DNA of 64,000 nucleotides from Eledone cirrhosa (lineage: Eukaryota). The notes beneath the pieces were generated by a model. That model made no database searches. It saw nothing but the letters and a program-made list of their open reading frames with translations, and was not told the DNA's origin. Below are positions 30,004-44,553 of this stretch, piece after piece (within the stretch, counting starts at the first letter, position 1; each line of letters starts with the position of its first letter). A program made the translations under genes and the position numbers. The stretch lies in assembly GCA_964016885.1 (NCBI GenBank), contig OZ024742.1:336660001-336724000 (forward strand). The letters run 5' to 3'.

Positions 30004-30524
30004 TGTGCGTATGATATATACGAGAGGAGCTGAAATAAATCGGAGGGGGAAAGACGAATGAAGAAATATTCAAATATCGAAAATAACAGCTAAAGTGGCC
30101 GACTATAATTTAAGAAAAATCATTCTATAATGGCTGATGCATTCATAACATAAGTATATATATCAATATATATATATAGAGAGAGAGGGAGTTGGGTAGA
30201 TACCGGGCATTTAAACGTTCCAGGCGTAAAGTAGTTTGAAGGTAATATGAAAGAGAGAGACATATAACTGAATTGTGCCAACTTAATACAGTGAAATAAA
30301 GCAGATATCGTCTATAACATCTATCAATTCTTCAGGGAATAGCATTTAGTAGAATTTATGCTGAATATAATAAAAGGTACTATTGATCAATTTATCAATT
30401 TTCACAAACCCGCACACAAACACACACGTATATATATAAAATACACACTCACATACGAATGCAGAAAGACGTATATACGAATATATGTGCATATGCAATC
30501 AAATATATATATATATATATATAT

Positions 30525-30722
30525 ATAGGAACGAGTAGGACCCCGACGGCTGAGCTCAAGCCGTTTCGACGGCTAATTCTGGACTCCAGAATTAGCCGTC
30601 GAAACGGCTTGAGCTCAGCCGTCGGGGTCCTACTCGTTCCTATTACCTACTCTACTACCCTAAGTATTGAGTACTTTGGTGCGTTATGGTCCACATGGTT
30701 CCTTACCACATTTCCTTCGTTA
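30525..30722. mobile_element. Micro fold-back PLE (family D): 59-bp perfect arms plus about 78-nt tail
   Basis: Palindrome 30525-30643 centred on 30584; tail shared with the 33836 and 44428-44505 copies. Confidence 0.9.
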
Positions 30723-30864
30723 TATATATATATGTGTGTGTATATATAATATATATGTATATATATACAAACACACATATAGGCATACATACATACATAC
30801 AGACATATACATATAATATATATATATATATATATACATATATATGTATATATATATATATATA

Positions 30865-30917
<53 letters not shown>

Positions 30918-30924
<7 letters not shown>

Positions 30925-31294
30925 GTGAGGTTTTTTTTACAAAATGAAAAATAACCGAGGTGTCCTACACGAGTGGAAGTATAAAGAAAAAGGGATGAAA
31001 TCGAAAATGCAACTGAAGTCTTATTTTTTTAAAAAATATATATATTTATTTGGTTCCTTTACCGGTTTCGCAGCTCTTCTGCTTTTCAAAAGGTGAGTTG
31101 AGATGGAGGGTCTGTGGTTTTTCTCACATCTGAGAAAAACCATGATGTGAGAAAAACCACAGACCCTCCATCTCAACTCACCTTTTGAAAAGCAGAAGAG
31201 CTGCGAAACCGGTAAAGGAACCAAATAAATATATATATTTTTAAAAAAAATAAGACTTCAGTTGCATTTTCGATTTCATCCCTTTTTCTTTATA
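30918..31294. mobile_element. Fold-back mini-PLE (family E) with U3:A8-variant HHRs
   Basis: Arms about 30980-31129 and 31144-31294; HHR 31181-31218 CCTT-TTGAAAA-GCAG..CTGC-GAAA-CCGG-TA-AAGG; mirror at 31056-31093. Confidence 0.85.
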
Positions 31295-31601
31295 TATATA
31301 TATATATATGTGTGTATATATATAGTGTATATTTATATATATGTGCTGCTAATGTACTATTCCTCTCTCAATGCTTCTTTCTCAATGACTCTTTAATTAT
31401 TAGACTATTCTCTTGTATTATCTGTTGCATGTATTCCACTCTGTGCTTTTAATTTGAATTATTGTATAATTCTCGTTTGATATATGTCGCATCCAGTACA
31501 CCCTATAAATACGAAACTGTTGCTCACAACATCAATATATATGTATCTATATGATTGTTCAGCTGAATAGGAGGTTAATTATATGTACAAACATTGATAA
31601 T

Positions 31602-31646
31602 GCTCCGATGACTCGAAACGAAAATTTGGAAGAAACGATTGTCAGC
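31602..31646 (+). ncRNA. Degenerate type I HHR
   Basis: GCT-CCGATGA-CTCGAAA..TTTGGAA-GAAA-CGATTG-TC-AGC. Confidence 0.45.
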
Positions 31647-31946
31647 TATTAAATGATTTGAACACAACTTTGATAATTGTGTAATTTTATATTCCTGCTC
31701 TGTAAAACAACTGATGTTCTTACATTGAGCTATTTCTTTTACTGGTAATAAGGTAGTAGAAATTACTGACCTTTCCTGTTTATAGTTGTTTATAGTATAT
31801 ACATAACTATAAATAGTATTATTATTATATATATATTCATTTATACACCCATGTATATGCACATATACAGAAATATGTATGCACTCAACAAATAAACACA
31901 AGTTTACAGTCATCTGAATGCAAATCATTATTTGTCTGAATATGTG

Positions 31947-33047
<1,101 letters not shown>

Positions 33048-33093
33048 CTATTTTTCACTGGAAAAAATGTGCCAGCATTTTCTTTTCCTTTTA

Positions 33094-33134
<41 letters not shown>

Positions 33135-33217
33135 TTATAAACCTATATGTATATATGCATATATACATATGTATGTATGTCAAAACATACACACACAATT
33201 TTACATTCGAATATTCT

Positions 33218-33279
<62 letters not shown>

Positions 33280-33280
33280 A

Positions 33281-33550
33281 AATGAAGTAATTCCGTCGGA
33301 AAAGTCCAGGAAAAAAGAGTGCTCTATGTAGGTAACAGAGCTTAATAGTTATGTAATAAACAACATAAGGCAATTATTCCATTTACCAGTGGTTTCTTAA
33401 AAGCAAAAAATTTTGCTTTCAATCCTGAGAAGGAAAAAATGTAAAACACCAGGATTTTTTCATTCTGAGGATTGAAAGCAAAATTTTTTGCTTTTAAGAA
33501 ACCACTGGTAAATGGAATAATTGCCTTATGTTGTTTATTACATAACTATA
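33281..33550. mobile_element. Fold-back mini-PLE (family F) with an HHR at 33459-33516
   Basis: Arms about 33345-33440 and 33455-33549; CATT-CTGAGGA-TTGAAAGCAAAA..TTTTGCTTTTAA-GAAA-CCACTGG-TA-AATG; tail 33281-33344. Confidence 0.85.
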
Positions 33551-33835
33551 TATATAATCAGAAAATGCATATCTCTATACATGTGCCAACCGAATATATT
33601 ATTTAATAATTTCTTTATTTTGTTGTCTATCAATTTATGTGTTGCATACATCAGCCATTTACCTTCCATCCTCCGCACATGTCTTTCACAATACCTATCT
33701 ATCTATATATATATATATACATAATATTTACAGACGCACACACACATATATATATATATTATATAGTATATATATTATAGATATTTTATATATATATTAT
33801 ATATATTATATTTATATCATATATATATATATATA

Positions 33836-34023
33836 GCGAGGGAAAAGTGGTAAGGAACCAGGTGGACCATAACGCACCAAAGTACTCAATACTTAGGGTA
33901 GTAGAGTGGGTAATAGGAGTAAGTAAGACCCCGACGGCTGAGCTCAAGCCGTTTCGACGGCTAATTCTGTACTCAATTAGCCGTCGAAACGGCTTGAGCT
34001 CAGCCGTCGGGGTCTTACTTACT

Positions 34024-34028
<5 letters not shown>
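33836..34028. mobile_element. Micro fold-back PLE (family D), opposite orientation
   Basis: Arms 33913-33966 and 33975-34028; tail 33836-33912. Confidence 0.9.
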
Positions 34029-34083
<55 letters not shown>

Positions 34084-34220
34084 ATATATGAAAAAAATGA
34101 AATTTCATTTCTCAATCTTCGTACGGCTGATACTTAAATATAAGTATGTATACGTACATACATATATGTATACAGACGTACAGTAGTATGTATATACATA
34201 CATACATGCACACACACATA

Positions 34221-34625
34221 CATGTACGTGTGGGTTTACCGAACATTTATTATAATGTTAGGTTTGTTTGTAAACAAACATCCCGAATTAAGCCGTACAG
34301 TGTTTGGCAACCATCGTTGCCCTTTTGTTCAACACTGACAAAGGAACGATGAACTAGTTTCTAGTTTATTAGCTGTCATCAGCACCGTATACCTTCCTGT
34401 CAGTCGATTGAACGTTTGTCAGTTCTTCTGCTTTTCAAAAGTAGAGTTGAGATGGAGGTTTTGTAGTTTTTCTCACATGTGAGAAAAACCACAGACCCCC
34501 TCCATCTCAACTCTACTTTTGAAAAGCAGAAGAACTGCGAAACCGGTAAAGGAACCAAATAAATATATATATATTTTTTAAAATAAGACTCCAGTTGCAT
34601 GTTCGATTTCATCTTTTTTTCTTTA
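34221..34625. mobile_element. Two abutting HHR elements: 1453-type (HHR 34346-34388, -) and family E (HHR 34515-34552, +)
   Basis: ACGGTG-CTGATGA...GAAA-CTAG-TT-CATCGT on the minus strand; TTGAAAA-GCAG..CTGC-GAAA-CCGG-TA on the plus strand. Confidence 0.75.
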
Positions 34626-36301
34626 TATATATATATATTATAACTACTCTATAAATTAAAACACACATTCTTTCATATAGATCATTGCTGAAAAGATGAT
34701 GTATAGATAAAGAGATTGAGAAAGATATACATATACATATATATATTATATGTGCATTATATATATATACATATACATATACATCTCGTTTATACACATC
34801 GTTTATATATAATCCTTATATTCCTAATATAATCAATTGAACTAGGCAGTCTGCTTTATATCTATCTTAGCATATCTCTATAATACAATATCTCTTTTTC
34901 TGGATATTACTCAATTTATCAGCCAATCACCTCCCCTCCGTTTATAAATATATATATATATATAATCCTTGTAACAAATGCCCATAAGTTTGAGATAAGA
35001 TCTCAATGCTTGTTTATGACGAAGTATTGTATGGTACATCAATTTTTTTTTAGCTGCAAAATTTAGATTATAGACGAGGAAAACAATTATTCATAAATGC
35101 TCTTGATTTTGCTAAATGTCCTCATTGCAACATAAAACTATTCTTCTCTACGATCATGCAATAGGGATTAAAAAAAATCACATCAGTATGGGAGTAAACA
35201 TTCAGCTTAGCTGAACAATATCGTAGGTTTGTAACTATTATCTAAATTACAATACACAGTCCCTCCTATAGGAGGTGATCGTTACTGAAAAGATGATCTC
35301 TTTTTACTGGATATCAGTTTTCAACGAACTGAAAACTCTAGAGTATTTACATGTTGTTTTTTTTTATCTGTACTATTGTAGAAACTCCCCTCAAAACCTC
35401 CAATCTATGTCCTTTATATACTCAGTTTTACTGAAAATAGAATGATAAAACGCAACATATATATGCATTCTATATCCCCCATAGAATATTATCAATAATA
35501 TATTTAAAAGCATTTCTTCAAACTTAAGAACTTTTCTTCAAACCATCAAATGGTTAATCTGATTCCTATAACGATGTTCCTTTTCCGTAGTGGATTATAA
35601 AATTAAATCCCAATCTCATCGCTTTGCTACAAACCCGGACGTCGTCACCCGCAACGTAGAAAGCAGTAGCTGACTAAATATCAAGCATTGATGAACTGTT
35701 TCCTTTTCATATGAGTCTTTAATGAGGCTTCCATTGACCTCGCTCCCCACAGCATTGAATTCACGCCTGAGGGAAGAGCCCCGTGATGTGGAATAACTGA
35801 TGTAGTAGATATCGCTGGCTGTTCTCCCTGGCAAGGCTTTCATCATCTTTCGTCCACGAGGCACACCTGAAATATACCGACCAGCCAAAGATTGAATATT
35901 TTAACCCATCTCTATTTCTCATGCCCACGTTTTTCTTTTTTATGTATTTTTCTTTCCTATTATTTTCTTTTAGTCGTTATGTTATACATTTAAGCATGTT
36001 TTGCAATTAAATAAAATGTTTATTTTTAATTACAAAAATGTAGAAAATATAAACCAAATTAGAATAAGTAAAAGGAAAAAATATATAATCTGGTTTTAAT
36101 CAGCTGTTCAACTTAGCTGTAGTTATACCAAGACCAGCATATATGGATAATAAAAGTACATTCTATTAAAGATACATCCGACTTCGCAACGTACGTGTTA
36201 TAGAATAATTAACAAAAATTACATAAACATATCATACCTCCCTAGTCGAAACTTAACTCTCCTCAACCCAACACTTACATCGTCAATTTTAATTTCATTA
36301 A

Positions 36302-36521
36302 CCCTTTAGCATTTAAACCGGCCATACCCGGTCACAATTCTTTCACCTCTTTCTGTTCAAACCGGCTCAACCGGCCACTCATACTGATGTTAAGGTATTG
36401 TTCTCAAAATAAGTAATATCAAAATCTTATAGATTCAATATTATGTGAGATAATTATGTGAGGTAAAGCCTTTACTGTGAAAATATAATAGTAAATATGG
36501 AGCAATGTAAATTCTAAAGGG
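36302..36521. mobile_element. piggyBac-type MITE
   Basis: TTAA|CCCTTTAGCATTTA ... TAAATTCTAAAGGG|TTAA. Confidence 0.8.
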
Positions 36522-36949
36522 TTAACCCGCATAATTCTCTAGACCAGCAACAAAGTGAGTTACGCCCAAATTTTCATTTGTTTTTCCAGAGTCCTTTGCC
36601 GGTGTAAAAATAGCTTTATTCAGCCATCTTAGATGAATTTCAATGAAATTGAATTCTCGAAACTAAGAGATGGCAATGATGTAATGTATAACTTCTATAC
36701 TTAACCTAGTTCTCCCTCACTTCCCCAAGCCCCTTGCAACTTCATTATGTTCCATTCTTATTGCTTCGTTCTTGGGTCTTCAAATTAGATATTTTATAGA
36801 ATATTCGTGTTTCTTGTCATGCTCTAATTTATCATACATAATTGTATTTTATAAAATTTTATTAATTCATTGTAACGTTGTGCACCAAATGATACTACAT
36901 ACATAAGCATTGGGAGCTGAGCAAAACCCTATTATAAAACATATTTCAT

Positions 36950-37085
36950 TGGAAGAGATGGCGAACGTCAGACAAGGCTTTGCGGTGTGCGTTCCGGCTC
37001 TCTGCGCTCTATGTTCAAATCTCACTGTGGTCAACTTTGCCTTTCAACCTTTCGGGGTCGATAAAAAACAAGTACCAATTCAGTT
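36950..37085 (+). mobile_element. Degraded SINE (11482 family)
   Basis: GTTCAAATC B-box and GCCTTTCAACCTTTCGGGGTCGATAAAA core. Confidence 0.65.
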
Positions 37086-37224
37086 CCGAAGTCGATTCTT
37101 CTATATCTCTTTCTGCCTTCCTCTCTCTGACTTTCTTACTCTCTCTCCTTCTCTGGTAAAATCGACTATGTTCAAACGAGGAGAGGGTTGGGTTCCGTGC
37201 GGTTAAAATGCCAAAATGCATTCC

Positions 37225-37375
37225 TGGCTCAGTGGTTAATAAGTTCGTGTCGCAATTATGTGATCCAGGGTTCGATACCACTGTCTGGAATCTTGAACAA
37301 GTGTTTTTAGAATAGCTTCAGGTCAACCCAAGCCTTGTGAGTGAAATTAGGCAAACGGAAACTGTGTAGAATCCT
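37225..37375 (+). mobile_element. Second tRNA-derived SINE family
   Basis: TGGCTCAGTGGTT A-box, GGGTTCGATACC B-box, then CTTGAACAAGTG...AAGCCTTGTGAGTG. Confidence 0.6.
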
Positions 37376-37496
37376 ATAAGATGGACTGTACTTGTAGTTC
37401 ATGAATTTGTGTGCACAGGTGAAACTCAAGAGTAACAAGACTCACTATTTAGTTACAAACACATGCGCGCGCGCACACGCACACACACACACACTC

Positions 37497-37544
<48 letters not shown>

Positions 37545-38287
37545 TCGTAAGAAAATGGAAAGACTCGTCGTAAGGAAGCTATTAAAACATCAAAATGCCG
37601 TCGAAGCAACGTTGGGTAAAATGTTGTTTCTATACATATGTATATGTGTGTGTGTGCATGTATATTTGAGTGTGTCTGTCTCTGTGCATGTATGTGTGTT
37701 TACTTTCGTATCTGTTTATGTGCCGTAATTTAGCTGTGCGACATAAAAGCGATCGATAAAATATGTACCAGACTTTTAACAGAATAATTATTGGGGTCTA
37801 TATGATCGATTAAATTAAAAACAGTGCCTCAACGTGGCTGCAGTCTAATGACTGAAAACAGTAAAAGTCAATCTATCTAAATATCTACACATTTATCGAT
37901 CTCTATGTCGATTTTTTCCCCTGCTCCTCCTTCCAGCCTTCGTTCTGTACGAAATATCATTCTGAAAGGCGGAAAATCGCTGATCCCATCTCAAAGAAAA
38001 GCCTTTTTATCTGGACACTTCCAAATATTCACTGCACTTTTAAACAGACATAATGTCGAAATGTTTTGATATAGTCTATCAGCATAACAACAGGTTTACA
38101 GACACTTGCTGACGTCTTTACTGACGTCATAGCTTCTGGCACTGACAGCACCGGCGTCTCAATTATTTTCATTCTGATGCTTTAGAAAGCCAGAGAAACG
38201 ACGAGAATAATGTAAGCGATATTGTTGAGAGGACAAAAAAAAAGATGGCACACATACATATATACATATATGAAAGATACGATTATC

Positions 38288-41200
38288 TTTATTTGTACTG
38301 CCTCTCTGTTTTTGTTCCCGTCCAAGTTTTCACTATACGATACACGCTCACACGGCTTCCACACCACCTTGGAATACCACCTTGACTACCGGCTCAACCC
38401 CGATTTAATCCGCCGTGACCTCTCTCTGAACTTTCCCAAACTCTCCCACAAACTTTTCTTTCCTTGTATTTTTTCCTATTCTTTGCATTATTTATTGATT
38501 AATTTACTGTATTTGTTTATTTCTGCTTACCATTTTTTGTCTATGATTTTTTTTTGTCTATGCTTTCCTGTGTATACTTTCACCTCCTTACGATATTTTG
38601 GGTTGTTTTTCCCTCCCCGTCTCTGTCTACCCTTTCGCACTTACCCTTTCGTCCCCCCCCCCTGCTTTAACTCCACGCCCACCATGCCCAGCCTGAGATC
38701 TTTTCTCCACCAACTCCACACACGCCTCAAACTCTTCCTCATCCCCTCCTCCCACCCTGCTATCTCCCCGCGGCCCTCCAACTCTCCTACCTTCTCTTCG
38801 CCAAAACCCGGCATTCCAGCCACATCCATTTCCTCAGCCGCTGCCTCCACCTCCACCATATCCCCCTCGGCTTCCGACTACACTTCCACACCTCCCCGTC
38901 CGCTTTCCCCTCCACCCAAGGTATCCTCACCCGATCCACGCGCCTCCTAATGCGCAACTCCCTCCGCTCCTCCCTCTCCACCATCCGCAACCTTGACTAC
39001 AAACTCCCCCCCCCCTCCTCCGCCTTAACTCCGCATGCCACCCCCTCTTCGTCCACTCCATCTTCCTCTTCATCCAAAACCTCAACCACGACCTCTTCTC
39101 CTTCCTCACCTCCACCAAAGCCCTTAAGCTACACTCACTCCTCCACCACCACCACCTTCCACCACCCCGCGCCCATCCCCGTGACCCCCCACACCCATCC
39201 CACCCCTCCCCACCACTCTCCACCACACTCCTCCCCAAACTCCACAAACTCGACAACCTCGGCCGCCCCATCGTCTCCGCTTGCAACTGCCCCCCCCCCC
39301 GAACTAATCTCCGCCTCGCCCCCTCCCCTCTCACATCTCCGAGACCGACCACGCCCTTCGCCTGTTCGACTCCTTCACTTTCCCACCCGGCCCACACACC
39401 CTCCTCTTCACCCTAGATATCAAGTCCCTCTATATTGTCATCCCCCACGCCGACGGTCGACGTACCCTCAGGCACGACCTCGATCTTCACCCCCTCCCCC
39501 CTCCCCCTCCCCCACCCTCCTTCGCCACGCCGAGCTGGTCCTCACTCTCAACTGCTTCACTTTCTCAGGTGAGTTTTATCAACAGGTCACGGGGGTAGCC
39601 ATAGGTACAAGAATGGGCCCAACCTTTTCGTTGGCCATGTTGAGGCCCAAATCTTTGCCCAGTATACCGGCCCCACGCCCGAACTGTACGGTCGTTACAT
39701 CGACGACTGTATCGGAGCCACAACCCTCACCCGGGAACAGATCGACTCCTTTCTCTCCTTCTTCTGCTCCTTCCACCCCTTCCTCCACTTCATCACCTCT
39801 ATCTCCACCTCCCACGTCCACTTCTTAGACATCTCCGTCGTCATCGACGACCCCCCCCCCCACCACCACCACCACCGCTCCCTCGTCACCTCCGCCTTCT
39901 TCAAACCCACCTCCTCCCACTCCTACCTCGACTTCACCTCCTCCCAGCCTACGTCGGACAGACTGGACGTCGCCTGGCGGACCGTTTCACTGAACACCTC
40001 CGGGATATTCGTCTCGGCGGGAGTTCCCCCATCGCCGACCACTTTGGTTCCCCTGGACATTTCGCCCACCACCTCACAGTCTGTGGCCTACTCCAATGCC
40101 ACGGAACACCCGCCACCCGCCTCACGGTCGAACAACGCACCATCTTCACCCTACAGACCCCCCACCCCCACCCCGCGGCCTGAACTCCCCAATCCTATTC
40201 CTTTAGCCTTCGACCGCTCTGTCCCCCCCACACACACATCCCCCACTATCACCACTAACACACTCCTCCTTTTCACCGCCCCACCTCTTGGTCCAACCCC
40301 ACAACTAACAATACTAACACCCCCACCGCACCCCGACCCCTTCCCCAACTAACAATACTAACATCCCCACCTCTCTCCCTATCACGCACACACCCGCCTG
40401 TACATATATACACGCACTCACACTATCCAGACACCCTACTACCACCACTAACCCTCACCCACACATCCACTCCAACCACCCCACAACTAATACCACTAAT
40501 ATTCCCCCGACCCCACGCACACGAACACACACCTTCACACACACACCCACCCACACCTACATACACCACCCACTTTACACACCCAACCGCCACTAACCCC
40601 CACTAACACCCCCTTTACCACACACACACTCATCCAAACACGCACACACACACACCAGTACACTACACTCCCTCCTCCGTCCCCAACACCTTTTATCTCC
40701 CTCTCCCTCTCCTCGCTCCACCCACACCCCTTCAGACACACATCCCACTAACACCTCTACTAATACACACCCCTTCCCCCCACATGACCACCTCCCCTTC
40801 CACCTTTCACACCTACCCATCCTCTCCCCTGTCCACCGCACCTCCGCACACACAGACACACAGTCCTCACCACACACTGACCATTTCTACACCTGTCATT
40901 CACCTCTACTGCTATCACTTCACCTTCCCTTGACCCTCTGACCACTTCTTGTTCCGCGCGCACCCCACATCTCTCCACTTCTGACCACCACAACCAATGG
41001 ATTCCACACCACCGGTCATCGTTCCAGCTATCCACTCCATAACATGAAAAATATCCAGCAACTCATCGCACACTCCACGGAACTCACAATTTTTTTTCGA
41101 ACCACGCCACCTACATCCACACCACGTATAAACACCAACACACACATGCGTACCCCCACTTATACACACTCAGCCTCCGAAATCCACACGCCCCCTCCCC

Positions 41201-41700
41201 CACTCCTCTGACCCCTCCCCATCCACACGCACGCACACACCGACCTACACCCCACTCCACGCACACACCTTTTCCTGAACATGGAACATGGAACTCTCAC
41301 ATTCACATACACACGCTCACACACACGTACACCTACACACATACACAAACACCACCTTCAGCCCTCCCCGCTCGGACCCCCCGCCTCCCTCTCCCTACTC
41401 CACCCGCCACCACCCTACACGCCTCACATCCTTCCACCACTTGTTTATCTTTATGTTTATTTTTATTTTTATTTGTACCCCTTCCACCGTTTTTCCTCCC
41501 TTTTCTCACCCCCCCCCTCTTTTTTTCTAAATATCTCTCCCCCACACCCCCACACCCCCTCAGAACCCTCTTCCTACCCACTTTTCTCCTGATGAAGGGC
41601 TTATGCCCGTAACGTCGCCCCTCCCACTCTCAAGAGCGTGAAGCTAATAGACTTTTATTTGTACTGCCTCTGTTTTTGTTCCCGTCCAAGTATTCACTAT
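38288..41700 (+). mobile_element. Near-full-length degraded Penelope/Poseidon-like PLE with direct pseudo-LTR ends
   Basis: Frameshifted RT (LDIKSLY, YQQVTGVAIGTRMGP, YGRYIDDCIG, FLDISV, KPTSSHSYLDFTSS) and GIY-YIG (YVGQTGRRLADRFTEHLRDIR); direct repeat TTTATTTGTACTGCCTC..CCCGTCCAAG..TTCACTAT at both ends; HHR-like motif at 41589-41616. Confidence 0.9.
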
Positions 41701-41733
41701 ATATATATATATATAATATATATATATATGTGT

Positions 41734-41800
<67 letters not shown>

Positions 41801-41804
<4 letters not shown>

Positions 41805-42002
41805 CTCAGGTTCAATCGGGGGTAACGACAGTAAGTAAGGTACTCAATACATAGAGTATAAATATTTAATATAGAAATAGCTTCTACAGGACTAGAACTG
41901 TTTCATTCGGAAGAAATCATCAAGAAAACTCTGGTCTTTCCTGATGATTTCCTTCGAATGAAGCCTTTCTAGTCCTGTAGACCATTTCTATATTAAATCT
42001 TA
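41801..42002. mobile_element. Fold-back mini element with partial HHR cores
   Basis: Arms about 41864-41927 and 41937-41999 containing CTGATGA..GAA; about 60-nt tail. Confidence 0.6.
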
Positions 42003-42094
<92 letters not shown>

Positions 42095-42095
<1 letters not shown>

Positions 42096-42330
42096 GATCA
42101 TGCCTTTATTTTTAATTTCATTTGTCCGTTTCCTCTCACCTCCTTTTTGCTATATGTCTCTCCACCACTCCCCTACACACCCTTTGAACTCTCTTCCCAC
42201 ACACTTTTCACCTGAAGAAGGGCTTATGCCCGAAACGTCGTTCCCCACCCCACCCCACTCTCAAGAGCGTGAAATTAATAAACCTTTGTTCGTACTGCCT
42301 CTCTGTTTTGTTCCTGTTCAATTTTTCACA
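42095..42330 (+). mobile_element. 3' fragment of the Poseidon-like PLE with an intact minimal HHR core
   Basis: CTGAAGA-AGGGCTTATGCCC-GAAAC-GTC at 42212-42239; similar to 41560-41700. Confidence 0.8.
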
Positions 42331-42731
42331 ATATATATATATATGGGATAACAAGTTATCGTTATAGGTTATCCACTTAGAGGCAGTCCAGTTAGAGTAC
42401 TCCGTTTTGTGGATGGTTTTAACGTACGGCTTAGTTTGACTCAACAAGACGCTTCGATAGTGATGCAGCGAGCTCGCGGTAATTGCTATGCAGGTTATAC
42501 TTGGAGTAATAATAGTTAAAGAAAGAAGAGTAACATGGTTGGCTGTACAATAAGGGCTTTATTCAAAGTGCTGACAATTGTTTCGTTGATCTGGTGCGTA
42601 TAGAGTTCGCTAATCGCTTGATGCTGCGTCAATCGTTCTCCAACGTATTGGCCAAATGAGCTTTCTGGCTTAAGACAGACTTTAGACTTTTATATATATA
42701 TGTATATATATATATATATATATATACATAC

Positions 42732-42808
<77 letters not shown>

Positions 42809-42812
<4 letters not shown>

Positions 42813-44503
42813 AACCAGTAAGACCCCGACAGCTGAGCTCAAGCCGTTTCGACGGCTAATTCTGGACTAAATGAAAGTTTATCCTGGTATTTAAATAGCC
42901 GATCTTCTCAAGGGGTAATTCCATGTATGGTCAAAGTGATTGTCAAAAATCAGTAGTAATTCTGTGGTTGCAAATTAGTAGGGGAGATGGTGGCTAAACC
43001 TGCCAGTAGGAGAAAGAGGGGAGGGGGTGGAGTAGACCCAATCAAGCGTTGGTAGTGCCAGCTACAGCTGGGCATGAGGTCAAAGAAGATACAGGGGAGG
43101 GGGAGGGGGAGGAAGTCGGAACGGTAGGTAGAACAAAGGGTAGAAATAGGAAAGAAAAAAAAATACTGAGAGTGAAGAAAGGCAAATAAGTGTAAAGAAA
43201 AGTAAAGTAAATTAAATTCTACGACCTAGGTGTCAGGCTATTGTTAGGCGAGAATAAAATAAAGAAAGAAAGAAAGAAGTAAAAAAAGAAAGAAGTAAAA
43301 AAATAAATAAATGAATAAATAAGGAAATAAGTAAGAGAACTAGGTGGGACGAATAAGGCAAGGACCCTGTTAAGAGGTATAAGTACGTAAATGATACGGT
43401 GACGGGTCAACAAAAGGGGCCAAAATACTAAAGAGACTACCACGAAATAAACAATAAAGGTTTCCATCCCGGGCCAGCAACGACCCAGTGCAGCAAAGTG
43501 AACTTGTACGAGATAATAATTCTGAGTCCCGAGAAAAATATATACTAATGCTAACTCTAAAAGATCTAAAACAAGCTACATGAAAGTTCGTACGAAATAA
43601 AGGTAGAATACGGAGAAATAAATTTAGAATCCACCCCGCCCAGAAGAAGAGCGAAGCAAGAAATACTGAAACGAAAAAATAAGGCATGTGCCACTAAGAA
43701 ATATAGAGGGCACAGAGAATAGTGGGAGCGGTCGGAAAAAGGGGGAAAGTATCCGGGGTCTAAGCCAGCTGCTATAAAGGGCGGAGTCCGCCAAATCTAT
43801 CAAAGACTAGGGGAGGGGGGGGGGGGGTACTGAGGCTACATGGGGCCAAAGGGCAGCCTCGGGTGGGCGAGAAAAGACGCCGACAAAGGAGAAGAGCTGG
43901 GGTAGAAGGACAAAGGGGAGGGGGGGAAGGAAATAAAGGAAGCGATAAAAGAATACAAAGAAGATCTTACGTCTTCCTTGGCAAGCAGGGGTTACCTATT
44001 GCAAAATCGGCAACTGGGGTGTTATAGCCCCAGTCTACCCCCCCGGGTCATTATGGGGTTTGAGGGCGAGGTAAGTCCTACGCAATCTATGTTTACATTT
44101 GTTCTACCTACCGTTCCGACTTCCTCCCCCTCCCCCTCCCCTGTATCTTCTTTGACCTCATGCCCAGCTGTAGCTGGCACTACCAACGCTTGATTGGGTC
44201 TACTCCACCCCCTCCCCTCTTTCTCCTACTGGCAGGTTTAGCCACCATCTCCCCTACTAATTTGCAACCACAGAATTACTACTGATTTTTGACAATCACT
44301 TTGACCATACATGGAATTACCCCTTGAGAAGATCGGCTATTTAAATACCAGGATAAATTTTCATTTAGTCCAGAATTAGCCGTCGAAACGGCTTGAGCTC
44401 AGCTGTCGGGGTCTTACTGGTTCCTATTACCCACTCTACTACCTCAAGTATTGAGTACTTTGGTGCGTTATGGTCCACCTGGTTCCTTACCACATTTCCT
44501 TCG

Positions 44504-44505
<2 letters not shown>
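42809..44505. mobile_element. Large family D element: about 330-bp inverted arms, 1-kb spacer, tail and two U3:A8 HHRs
   Basis: HHR 44319-44412 ACCCC-TTGAGAA-GATCGGCTA...TAGCCGTC-GAAAC-GGCTTGAGCTCAGCT-GTC-GGGGT; mirror at 42823-42916. Confidence 0.9.

Positions 44506-44551
<46 letters not shown>

Positions 44552-44553
<2 letters not shown>

Noticed and set aside
42567-42645. HHR on the minus strand (GAAACAATTGTC half)
   Set aside because: The CUGANGA strand and stem I could not be identified convincingly.
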